Shown here piece after piece: positions 1-6,893 of a stretch of 20,000 nucleotides of DNA; position 1 is the first letter of the stretch; every line of letters begins with the position of its first letter. The stretch is from an uncultured virus (IMG/VR IMGVR_UViG_3300035181_002093) (lineage: Duplodnaviria > Heunggongvirae > Uroviricota > Caudoviricetes). The notes below the pieces were generated by a model. It had not been told where the DNA came from. It saw only the letters and a list, made by a program, of their open reading frames with translations, and did no database searches. The stretch spans positions 117,504 to 137,503 of the IMG/VR virus record IMGVR_UViG_3300035181_002093; one strand, given 5' to 3'. A program made the translations under genes and the position numbers.

Positions 1-215
1 GCCGCCGGCTTGCCTGCACGCGTCTTGCGCCGCGCAGCGCGTGCCTCGATGAGCTTCATCGCGGCCAGTTCGTTCACGCGCGCGGATACGCTCTGGTGCG
101 TGCGCTTCACGACCACCTCGATCTCGTCCGTGGTGGCACCTTCCCACCCCGCCGTCCGGATCACGTTGTAGACCTGCAACTGCAGGTCGCTCAGCTTGCT
201 TTCGACGTCAGCCAT
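1..215 (-). CDS. Winged helix-turn-helix DNA-binding protein (3' end runs off the window)
   Basis: Not in the ORF track; read by hand from ATG at 215: MADVESKLSDLQLQVYNVIRTAGWEGATTDEIEVVVKRTHQSVSARVNELAAMKLIEARAARRKTRAGKPA. The GATxDE...HQSVSARxxEL...RxTRxG pattern is typical of phage wHTH proteins. Start overlaps the stop of 208..429. Confidence 0.75.
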   Translation of the reverse strand, partial: MADVESKLSDLQLQVYNVIRTAGWEGATTDEIEVVVKRTHQSVSARVNELAAMKLIEARAARRKTRAGKPA

Positions 216-429
216 CAGTCTTCTCCTTCGTGGGTTCGTAGCAAGCCGGACATTTGTCCGCGCCGACCGGAACGAGCTGTGACAGGCACCGCGCGCAGGG
301 CGCGTCCTCGTATGCATGACTCATGTCGAGGAACGCAGTCTCCAGGGCCCACGCGACACGTGCGACCTGATTCATCAGGTCCATGATCGCGACGACGACA
401 CGATCCTCGTCAGGCATCACCGAGCACAT
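208..429 (-). CDS. Small hypothetical protein with C-terminal Zn-ribbon (CxxC...CxxC)
   Basis: ORF track; CARC and CPAC pairs; packed between co-oriented genes. Confidence 0.65.
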   Translation of the reverse strand: MCSVMPDEDRVVVAIMDLMNQVARVAWALETAFLDMSHAYEDAPCARCLSQLVPVGADKCPACYEPTKEKTDG

Positions 430-631
430 TCTTCTCGGCCCACCACATCTTCACGATGAGCTTGCCGGCGTCGTCCTTCTTCCACACCTCTGAGTCGTCG
501 TGCACGACGGACTTCGGGATCCACTTCTCACCGGCGCCGGCTAGGGCAACCAGGATTGCTTTCTCGGTCTCGCGGGTGACCTTGCCTTCACCCATGTCAT
601 GCGGCTCGTCGCCGCTACTATCCCTTGGCAT
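410..631 (-). CDS. Phage hypothetical protein
   Basis: Preceded by SD AAAGGAG. The ETEKAILV...WIPKS pattern is seen in small phage proteins. Confidence 0.75.
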   Translation of the reverse strand: MPRDSSGDEPHDMGEGKVTRETEKAILVALAGAGEKWIPKSVVHDDSEVWKKDDAGKLIVKMWWAEKNVLGDA

Positions 632-652
632 GCGTTCTCCTTTCGTTGAATT

Positions 653-1183
653 TCACAGCAACACCGACTCGATGGCCTGCACGATGCCCGGCCACGTGTG
701 CGACGACATCCCTTCCCACAGGTCGCGATCGTTGTACGCACGGCGAAACAAGATGCCTTGGCTCTTGGGCCAGGCGTTCGCCCATGTCACCAACGTCTCC
801 GTCTTGTCCTCGACGAGGATGTCCCCGAAGATGCCGTGCTTGCGCTTGCTGCGCACGTGAAGGACGTCGTTGATGTCGAACTCCATCTTCTCGACGAGCC
901 ACTGGTCACGCTCGTGCATCCAGTGCTCGCCACCGAACGGCGATGTCACCGCCCAGACGTCGGCGAACTCACGGACGCGCTCGACGCCTTCGCGCGCGCC
1001 CTCGTACGCAGGAATGCCAAGACAGAGACCGGGCTTCTCCATCGCCTTGTAGATAGCCTTGGCCTGCGCGGGCTCGATGTCCAAGGACTTCATGATGTCC
1101 CAGTCCTGGACATCGTCATGCGTGTATCGCTTAAGGGTAGCGGGAAAATACTTCGTACATTTCTTACATAAACGTCGTTTCAA
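653..1183 (-). CDS. 5'(3')-deoxyribonucleotidase (NT5C/HAD)-like protein, apparently lacking N-terminal motif I
   Basis: PAYEGAREGV, VWAVTSP, ERDQWL, K..IFGDILVEDK and ILFRRAYN match NT5C-type HAD motifs II-IV. No DxDGV is present at the N-terminus. Confidence 0.75.
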   Translation of the reverse strand: MKRRLCKKCTKYFPATLKRYTHDDVQDWDIMKSLDIEPAQAKAIYKAMEKPGLCLGIPAYEGAREGVERVREFADVWAVTSPFGGEHWMHERDQWLVEKMEFDINDVLHVRSKRKHGIFGDILVEDKTETLVTWANAWPKSQGILFRRAYNDRDLWEGMSSHTWPGIVQAIESVLL

Positions 1184-1214
1184 GACGTCGCTCCGTATGA
1201 CGTAATAATGACTT

Positions 1215-1376
1215 CAGGAACAGGGGTTTATGCCGCAAGCGTCAACTGCGGACCAAAAAACAACTCGGGGCGAGCAAGCGCCAGGACCATCGTCCCTTGT
1301 GCCATCGCCACCACGCGAATGCCCGCCCATGCAAGTAGGCATGTTCGGCGAGCACGCGCGCGATGTCGGAGGTCAC
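1215..1376 (-). CDS. Small Trp-rich hypothetical protein (53 aa)
   Basis: Read by hand. GTG start overlaps the stop of 1373..1603 (GTGA): MTSDIARVLAEHAYLHGRAFAWWRWHKGRWSWRLLARVVFWSAVDACGINPCS. Confidence 0.45.
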
Positions 1377-1603
1377 GGCTTGCGTTCCTCATCGGTCAGC
1401 TCGCTTTTGAAGGCGAACAGCTTATCCAGTTCGTCCGCGAATCCGATGAGTGCTTGCGAGGTAGCCGCTTCAACAGTCTCGTCGATAGCGTGATACCAGT
1501 ACGCGCGCGTGCGAAGGCGCTTGGCCAGTTGGAACATCTGCCCAACGGACACAGCTCGCGACATCATCGGAGGCTGCCACATCTGTTCGTCATCGTCGGT
1601 CAC
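1373..1603 (-). CDS. Hypothetical protein
   Basis: ORF track; GTGA overlaps with both neighbours. Confidence 0.7.
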   Translation of the reverse strand: MTDDDEQMWQPPMMSRAVSVGQMFQLAKRLRTRAYWYHAIDETVEAATSQALIGFADELDKLFAFKSELTDEERKP

Positions 1604-1902
1604 GGTGCGACAGGTGCAAAGTCCAAGTAGTCGAGAAGCGTCTTCGGCGGCTCGCCGTCACTGCTCAGCAAGAACACGGACACGCCCTCGTCCTTGAGCT
1701 TGCCCACCGCCCACCCCGCCGCGGCTCGCGGCGTCGTGAACCCCATCTGTCCCACGTGCACCGCGCGTCGGACTGGCATCATCGGATGCGTCGGGGTGAG
1801 CACGATGGTTGCGGACCAACGTCCGTTGTTGCCGTCGAGAAGGACTTCCCAGTTCTGACACTGGGCAGCCCACAAACCTTCGGGAAGTTTCGAAGCGAGC
1901 AT
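1600..1902 (-). CDS. Hypothetical protein
   Basis: ORF track; SD AAGGA upstream; protein-like composition. Confidence 0.75.
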   Translation of the reverse strand: MLASKLPEGLWAAQCQNWEVLLDGNNGRWSATIVLTPTHPMMPVRRAVHVGQMGFTTPRAAAGWAVGKLKDEGVSVFLLSSDGEPPKTLLDYLDFAPVAP

Positions 1903-1903
1903 G

Positions 1904-2125
1904 TTAGGTCCTTTCTTCGTCGTCCGAGATTCGGATGACGATGGGTTGTTCGAGAGGGTTGTCGACGGGCGTTAGCTCGTCGTCTTCATCTTCCTGCTCG
2001 CCTTCAAGCAGAAGGCGAACCTGAAACTCCGTAGCCAGTGCTGCTTTGACTGTCCGAGCAACCGCCAGAACTTCTTCTGACGACTGCTCCGGCAAGCAAA
2101 GCAAGACGCGGCGGCGGCGTCGCAT
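1904..2125 (-). CDS. Hypothetical protein
   Basis: ORF track; TGATG coupling to the upstream gene. Confidence 0.65.
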   Translation of the reverse strand: MRRRRRVLLCLPEQSSEEVLAVARTVKAALATEFQVRLLLEGEQEDEDDELTPVDNPLEQPIVIRISDDEERT

Positions 2126-2451
2126 CAGTGCACCAAGCGCATGTGTTTCATCAGGCCGTCTCGTTGACGGTCGTAGAGCACATACGTATCGTGGTCATCA
2201 CTGATGCCCGCGACTTGAAATTCACCCCTCTTACGCGACCCGTCGCGCAAGAAGACTTCGATCTCGTACATGACGCTGTCGTCCGCGTGCTGAGGGCACT
2301 GATGGACGGTCACCGCGCGTACGTCCTCGACGCCTACGTCTCCAACCAGCTCCCGCACGCGAACCGGAACCGCGAACGCCACAGGGAGTTCGCAGCGCAG
2401 ACCCGCTTGTAGGAGCTGGTTGCTCAGGCAGTTGAACTCGTTGGTGCTCAC
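2125..2451 (-). CDS. Hypothetical protein
   Basis: ORF track; fits the minus-strand gene run. Confidence 0.7.
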   Translation of the reverse strand: MSTNEFNCLSNQLLQAGLRCELPVAFAVPVRVRELVGDVGVEDVRAVTVHQCPQHADDSVMYEIEVFLRDGSRKRGEFQVAGISDDHDTYVLYDRQRDGLMKHMRLVH

Positions 2452-2465
2452 TGCCTAAGTGTAGG

Positions 2466-2735
2466 TCACGGGGACGCCGGAAGGGGATCTCGATCCCCTA
2501 ACACCACTTCGTCGATCTGCTCCTCGGTGAGCTTGCGCTCCTCGATGCACAAGGCCTCGACGTGCCGTGCGATGCGGTGGACGTGTCGGATCAAGAAGAG
2601 CAGCGCCTCTTCTTCCGTGGTGCCGCCTGCATGAAGAACCTCACGGTTGTTCACGTAGAGCACCTTGAAGATGCGGTCGCCGTCCTGCTCCGTCTCGATG
2701 CGCGGCTTTGACGAGGGTTTGAGAATCCTCGCCAC
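2466..2735 (-). CDS. Hypothetical protein
   Basis: ORF track; fits the minus-strand gene run. Confidence 0.7.
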   Translation of the reverse strand: MARILKPSSKPRIETEQDGDRIFKVLYVNNREVLHAGGTTEEEALLFLIRHVHRIARHVEALCIEERKLTEEQIDEVVLGDRDPLPASP

Positions 2736-2738
2736 GGC

Positions 2739-4406
2739 TCAAGCCTTCTTCCCGACGAAGGCCCCCTCAAAGACCTTCGCGAGGACGCCCTCGTCCTTCT
2801 CGTCCTTCGACAACATGTTGTCGAGCGCGTTACGCGCGTCCGACACGATGTCGTAGACGAGGCGCTTCGCCGCGACCTCACTGCGGTCCGACCCGTCGAC
2901 TGCCTTGAGCGTTTCGCCCAATGCGTTCGTCGTGAACCGGCGGGTGTCGTTGTCGTAGACGACCGTTCCCACGACATCGCCCGCATCGAGCAGGCTCCAC
3001 TCGCGCGGATGCTCGACGTTGTCCCGCGTGCGGAACTTCACGGTCACCAACCACTGGAGGGGCGTGGCCGGGTTCTTCGACGCAACGTACGCCGGCTGGG
3101 CTTCCATGCCCGCCTGCGTCAGCGGCACACGCACGTTCCGCGCCTTGAGCGACACTCCCGTACGGATCAGCGCCTCGTCTTCGAGTTTCGCACCAACGCA
3201 CTTGATGCAGAACGTGTCTGACTGCCAGCTGCCCGCCATCGACTCGCCGCACGCCTGGCAATCGCCTGCCGAGTGCACTTCGTCGCCGTCGTCGACGTCC
3301 ACATACGACGCGGGGTCAACATCGTGCGACGTGCCCCACAGCTCCTCGGTACCCTTCGCGCACAGGAAGTTCCCACGCGTCCAGAGGTGCGGCTGGCCCG
3401 GAGCGTTTGCCGGCGTGATGTCCTTCTGAACCGAAGCCTGCTTGGGCGCCGCGCGATCCCACATCGGCTTCGTCTCACGCATGAACGCCTCGTGCTCCGC
3501 CTGCGCAGCTTGCTCCTGTGCGGCATACCGTACCTGTGCCGCGCGCAGGGACTCCTCGTACTTCGTACGCAAAGATTCCTCGTACTTCTCCTGCTCCTGC
3601 TCCTGCGCCGCGCGCCGAGTCTGCGCCGAACGAGAGCGCATCAAGTAGAGCGTCGAATCGAGAAGCGCGAAGAGCAGCAGCGTGCCCCAGCTGCCGGTCG
3701 CCACGCACCAGACGTAGAACGCGAAGCTGCTCGCGCCCCGCACCTGGAGATACGACAGCACGATGAACGTCGCGACGTAGAGTGCGGTGGCCGCGCTCGC
3801 CATGCACGCCACGACCACCAGAGCGCCTGCTGCCGTGTACAGCACCGCACGCCCGATGCGTGCAATGATCTCGAGACCGCGCAGCGTGAACCGCGCCGCC
3901 TTCGAGTGGCCTTCTGCAGCCTCGAGCGCCTGGAGAGCGCGCGCGAGAAGCAGCGTGAGAACGGCCGTACCTGCGAGCACGAGGATCGTCGTGACCGGCG
4001 CGATGGCCGCACCGACGAAGAGCAGCGTGACCGCCACAACACCGAGCACCACCTGGCAGATGGGCTTGAGCGACCATTGCCAGAGCTTGCCGAAGAAGTT
4101 CGTGACGGGCTTCGCCGCGTACTTCGCACGGTACATCATGTACTGCGCGTACTTCGGGGTCCAGCGCAGCGCCGGAACAACCTTCTTCGCGACCTTCGTG
4201 AGCGCCGCCGCCATGCGCTTCGCGAGGCTCTTGGTCGTCCGTCCGATCGCCTTGAACGGCTTCGCGATGAACGCCGCGGTCTTCTTGGCCGCAGTCTTGA
4301 TACGCGTCCAGATGGACGGCTTGTTGTTGGTGGCGGGAACCTCCGCCTTGGTGTCCATCTTCGGGATGGACGTCCGATTCGATGCCGTAGCAGTAGCCTT
4401 GGACAT
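2739..4406 (-). CDS. Multi-pass membrane protein with basic amphipathic N-terminus, coiled coil and CxxC/CxxC Zn-binding segment
   Basis: 555 aa with SD AAGGAG. K/A-rich N-terminus; several hydrophobic segments at about aa 115-255; Q/E-rich coil; CQAC...CIKC. Confidence 0.8.
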   Translation of the reverse strand: MSKATATASNRTSIPKMDTKAEVPATNNKPSIWTRIKTAAKKTAAFIAKPFKAIGRTTKSLAKRMAAALTKVAKKVVPALRWTPKYAQYMMYRAKYAAKPVTNFFGKLWQWSLKPICQVVLGVVAVTLLFVGAAIAPVTTILVLAGTAVLTLLLARALQALEAAEGHSKAARFTLRGLEIIARIGRAVLYTAAGALVVVACMASAATALYVATFIVLSYLQVRGASSFAFYVWCVATGSWGTLLLFALLDSTLYLMRSRSAQTRRAAQEQEQEKYEESLRTKYEESLRAAQVRYAAQEQAAQAEHEAFMRETKPMWDRAAPKQASVQKDITPANAPGQPHLWTRGNFLCAKGTEELWGTSHDVDPASYVDVDDGDEVHSAGDCQACGESMAGSWQSDTFCIKCVGAKLEDEALIRTGVSLKARNVRVPLTQAGMEAQPAYVASKNPATPLQWLVTVKFRTRDNVEHPREWSLLDAGDVVGTVVYDNDTRRFTTNALGETLKAVDGSDRSEVAAKRLVYDIVSDARNALDNMLSKDEKDEGVLAKVFEGAFVGKKA

Positions 4407-4452
4407 GACCGTCAGGTCTCCTTGGTCCGTCAGGACCGTTAGAATTGTGTCG

Positions 4453-4524
4453 AGCCCCTCGTAGGAATTGAACCCACGACCTGCTGATTACAAATCAGCT
4501 GCTCTACCTCTGAGCTAGAAGGGC
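4453..4524 (-). tRNA. tRNA-Thr(TGT), canonical, CCA not encoded
   Basis: Reverse complement GCCCTTC-TA-GCTC AGAGGTA GAGC-A-GCTGA TT TGT AA TCAGC-AGGTC-GTGGG TTCAATT CCTAC-GAGGGGC-T folds as a full cloverleaf. Confidence 0.95.
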
Positions 4525-4542
4525 CGGGCCATTATGGCCTAG

Positions 4543-4749
4543 TTAGTTCGCGTTCGGTGACACGTCTCGCGTCTCGCTCATCCGCGCATGCATTGCCACC
4601 CTCGACGTCAGGCCTGCCATGAACAGCGCGACCTGAATCTTCAGCTCTGCCGCTGTCGAGTCCGCACGCACGATGGCAACCACGACGTCAAGGAGCATGT
4701 GCGCAACCGGCATCACGACGACCGCATCGCTGATGAAGCCTACTACCAT
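4543..4749 (-). CDS. Hypothetical protein, possibly a 5'-truncated remnant
   Basis: The frame stays open and protein-like upstream (DETKDALDHVVVAALKFAKLTNRD) but has no standard start codon there. Confidence 0.4.
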   Translation of the reverse strand: MVVGFISDAVVVMPVAHMLLDVVVAIVRADSTAAELKIQVALFMAGLTSRVAMHARMSETRDVSPNAN

Positions 4750-4973
4750 GTCGCGGTTGGTGAGCTTTGCGAACTTGAGCGCCGCGACGACGACGTGGTC
4801 GAGCGCGTCTTTTGTTTCATCGCAAATCCCGCGGTACGCAGCATGTTGATTGCTTGATCTCGTTCACGCGACATCGAATGAACGAGCACCGGCAAATCTG
4901 GGTCGAGCGTCTCGACCATCTTCCGAGCGATGTCCAGCCCGGTTAGCGGTTTCTCTCGGCTGTTTCGCTTGTT
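4743..4973 (-). pseudogene. Fragment resembling the C-terminal half of a cyclic-phosphate-processing receiver (cREC-like) domain
   Basis: Read by hand: ...LTGLDIARKMVETLDPDLPVLVHSMSRERDQAINMLRTAGF. This resembles the TG.D.A...P.V.VHS.N motif. The N-terminal LDD/LDHDL half is absent, and the frame is preceded by TAA TAG. Confidence 0.45.
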
Positions 4974-5018
4974 CTATTAGCGGAGGTCTCGGATATCCAT
5001 GTAGATATCACCTCCTTT
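4974..5018 (-). promoter_or_regulatory. Perfect Shine-Dalgarno plus 7-codon minigene (MDIRDLR), sequestered in a hairpin
   Basis: Minus strand: AAAGGAGGTGATATC TAC ATG GAT ATC CGA GAC CTC CGC TAA TAG. GGAGGT-GATATC can pair with GATATC-(cgag)-ACCTCC. Confidence 0.5.
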
Positions 5019-5036
5019 CTTGGCCAGCCGGGCCTT

Positions 5037-5231
5037 CTAGGGAGTGAAGACGATCTTCGAGTCGCCGTGAACCCGGGTTCCAGGGTCCAGGGTTACAACC
5101 CCGTCCACCGAGACCCTGCCTCGCAGGATGGCCTTCTTGGCCTTCCCTTTAGATAGCTTCATGTCTTCGGAGACCGCGTCGATGAGTGCGAACGTGATGA
5201 CCCGAGACATCGCCTCGAGCGTCGGCTTCAT
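5037..5231 (-). CDS. Stand-alone S4 RNA-binding domain protein
   Basis: [39 protein letters not shown] matches the S4 consensus (LD..L....SR..A...I..G.V.VNG....P...V). ATG at 5231 forms an ATGA overlap with the collagen gene stop. Confidence 0.8.
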   Translation of the reverse strand: MKPTLEAMSRVITFALIDAVSEDMKLSKGKAKKAILRGRVSVDGVVTLDPGTRVHGDSKIVFTP

Positions 5232-6016
5232 TGGAGGACGATATGCCATGGCATCGACCCAACAGGGTCAATGGGCGACCCCACGCTCGTCATCGCGTGT
5301 AGTTGTGTACCCAGGCTCGAGGACATACAACTCCCGCCTCCTGTCGAGAACGACTGGACAGCCAAGTTTCCCGTCAGGGACGCGGATGCCGTGTACAAGG
5401 CGTTGCCGAAGCCGATGTACACGTAGTCGTCGTTGGCCACATAGCCGTGCCCAGGCACGGCGTACGGCGTACCTGTGCAGTTGTTGTTGGTGTAGTACAC
5501 CGGTTGGGTGGTGTGGTTCATCGGAACGATGAGCCCATCAGGCACCAGCGTGTACTGGTCACCTTGAGAGATGTACGCCTCTTGGCCAGGCGTCGCGCTC
5601 AGCAAGACGCCGAGACGAGCCCCGCCGTAATCGAACACTACGGCACCCGGGCCTACGGGGCCTACGGGGCCCACGCTGCCCTTGGGCCCCTGCGGCCCGG
5701 CAGAGCCTTGAGGGCCTTGAGCGCCCGTTGCGCCTTGCGACCCCGTCGCGCCAGGACTGCCTGCGGGACCTTGTGGACCCATCGGTCCTACCGCACCCGT
5801 GGCACCCGTGGCACCCGTGGCGCCTTGAAGCCCCTGAGGACCTTGCAGGCCTTGCGCCCCCTGAGGGCCTTGCGGCCCCTGCGGCCCCGCCGAGCCCTGC
5901 GGCCCCGCCGAGCCTTGCGGGCCCTCAGGTCCCGGATCACCCATCGTACCGTTGGCGCCAGCACCTGCGGGGCTACACGCTGAAACCAGAACCAGGCAGA
6001 GGAAGACTGTCTTCAT
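5228..6016 (-). CDS. Collagen-like (Gly-X-Y repeat) lipoprotein
   Basis: Signal peptide with lipobox [14 protein letters not shown]; about 30 Gly-X-Y triplets (GPQ/GAT/GSA); C-terminal beta-rich domain with Cys residues. Confidence 0.85.
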   Translation of the reverse strand: MKTVFLCLVLVSACSPAGAGANGTMGDPGPEGPQGSAGPQGSAGPQGPQGPQGAQGLQGPQGLQGATGATGATGAVGPMGPQGPAGSPGATGSQGATGAQGPQGSAGPQGPKGSVGPVGPVGPGAVVFDYGGARLGVLLSATPGQEAYISQGDQYTLVPDGLIVPMNHTTQPVYYTNNNCTGTPYAVPGHGYVANDDYVYIGFGNALYTASASLTGNLAVQSFSTGGGSCMSSSLGTQLHAMTSVGSPIDPVGSMPWHIVLQ

Positions 6017-6093
6017 GATGAACCTTGAGCGGATGTTTATGCCGCATACCCTTCACATCCTTATGCCCGATTCCAGAGGTCAGTTTAGCCCCC

Positions 6094-6122
6094 TTGACAG
6101 GGGCGGGGAGCCGCCCTACCGT
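6094..6122 (+). promoter_or_regulatory. Sigma70-type promoter TTGACA-17bp-TACCGT with an inverted repeat in the spacer
   Basis: TTGACA at 6094-6099 and TACCGT at 6117-6122. The spacer contains GGGCGG-ggag-CCGCCC. It sits at the head of the plus-strand Pth/tRNA island. Confidence 0.7.
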
Positions 6123-6181
6123 AGGGACACAAATGCATCGACCGTAAGGATTCGCCGGCGTCGCCGGTCAGCTCTCCCTCC

Positions 6182-6235
6182 CAGGTTCTCTATGTCGTCG
6201 TGCGCTCGGATCTCCCCCACGGGGTGCAGGTCGCG
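6182..6235 (+). pseudogene. Orphan N-terminal fragment of a Pth2-like gene
   Basis: Translates [18 protein letters not shown], 13/18 identical to KVLYTVIRNDLPHGVQMA of the intact gene (6505-6558). Similarity ends at the stop codon of the antisense HNH-like ORF. Confidence 0.75.
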
Positions 6236-6448
6236 CTACCGCCGGTGAGGACAGGTCCCGCTGATGCCGATGGCGAGGTTGCAGTTCATGCAAAGCACGC
6301 GGTACCCACTCGGGTAGCCGTTGTTCTTCAACCACAAGGCGAAACTCGCGGCCTTGCCACGCAGGGACTCTCGATGCTTGCCGCCCCCGCCGTCGATGTG
6401 GAGGAGTTGTGGGATCGACAAGACCTGCTTCCGGGTGAGCTTGCGCAT
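6236..6448 (-). CDS. Truncated HNH endonuclease-like ORF
   Basis: HIDGGG..HR...[22 protein letters not shown] is the C-terminal half of a common phage HNH family. The N-terminal CxxC and the D of DH are missing. A -10-like TAGCGT lies 6 nt before the ATG. Confidence 0.7.
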   Translation of the reverse strand: MRKLTRKQVLSIPQLLHIDGGGGKHRESLRGKAASFALWLKNNGYPSGYRVLCMNCNLAIGISGTCPHRR

Positions 6449-6486
6449 CGTGCCACGCTACCGTGTAGCGAAGGTCGCGTGTGGTC

Positions 6487-6804
6487 ATGAGCGACGAGCA
6501 ACCCAAGGTCCTGTATACGGTGATCCGCAACGATCTTCCGCACGGCGTCCAGATGGCGCAGGTGTGCCACGCTGCCTCCGAGGCTTCAGGCTACCCGCCG
6601 ACGATCGTCATCGCGCTCGCGGTACCCGATGAGGCCTCGTTGCGGCGTATCGCGCTCGCGCTAGGCGAGCAGTCGCTGACCTACAAGCTCATCGTCGAGG
6701 ACGCCGGCCCGTTTGCGGGTCAGGCAATGGCCCTCGGCTTGCCCCCGTCCACGGATCGCAAGGCGATCGGAAAGGTCACGAGTGCCTTGCCCCTCGTGAA
6801 GTAA
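6487..6804 (+). CDS. Peptidyl-tRNA hydrolase type 2 (Pth2)-like protein
   Basis: LYTVIRNDL.HGVQMAQVCHAA, TIVIALAVPDE..L and IVEDAG...MALGLPP...LPL match the Pth2 pattern (vvR.DL...G...AQ..HA; K.v...v.dE..L; i.DAG...a.GP...L.L). Confidence 0.85.
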   Translation: MSDEQPKVLYTVIRNDLPHGVQMAQVCHAASEASGYPPTIVIALAVPDEASLRRIALALGEQSLTYKLIVEDAGPFAGQAMALGLPPSTDRKAIGKVTSALPLVK

Positions 6805-6812
6805 CCCTCTTT

Positions 6813-6892
6813 GGAGCTGTGGCGTAAAGCGCGCAGCTCGTGGGTCTTCGGATCCACGAGAGATCCCGGGTCGCGTCCGGGCAGCTCCGCCA
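6813..6892 (+). ncRNA. tRNA-like RNA 1: no anticodon loop (10-bp stem capped by cUUCGg), encoded G-CCA
   Basis: Acceptor GGAGCTG/CAGCTCC followed by GCCA; minimal D arm GCGT-AAA-GCGC; CTCGTGGGTC-TTCG-GATCCACGAG; T arm CCCGG-GTCGCGT-CCGGG. Confidence 0.85.
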
Positions 6893-6893
6893 T

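Noticed and set aside
3273..4464. Long plus-strand ORFs (389 aa, 225 aa)
   Set aside because: Arg-rich antisense shadows of the 555-aa gene, typical of high-GC DNA.
4453..4524. tRNA-Thr as an att site
   Set aside because: No integrase and no duplicated tRNA 3' end in the window.
5640..5940. DNA-level tandem repeat or VNTR element
   Set aside because: Explained by collagen Gly-X-Y coding.
6236..6486. Group I intron or IS element in pth
   Set aside because: Too short, no recognisable P-Q-R-S core or transposase, and the downstream pth is complete without splicing.
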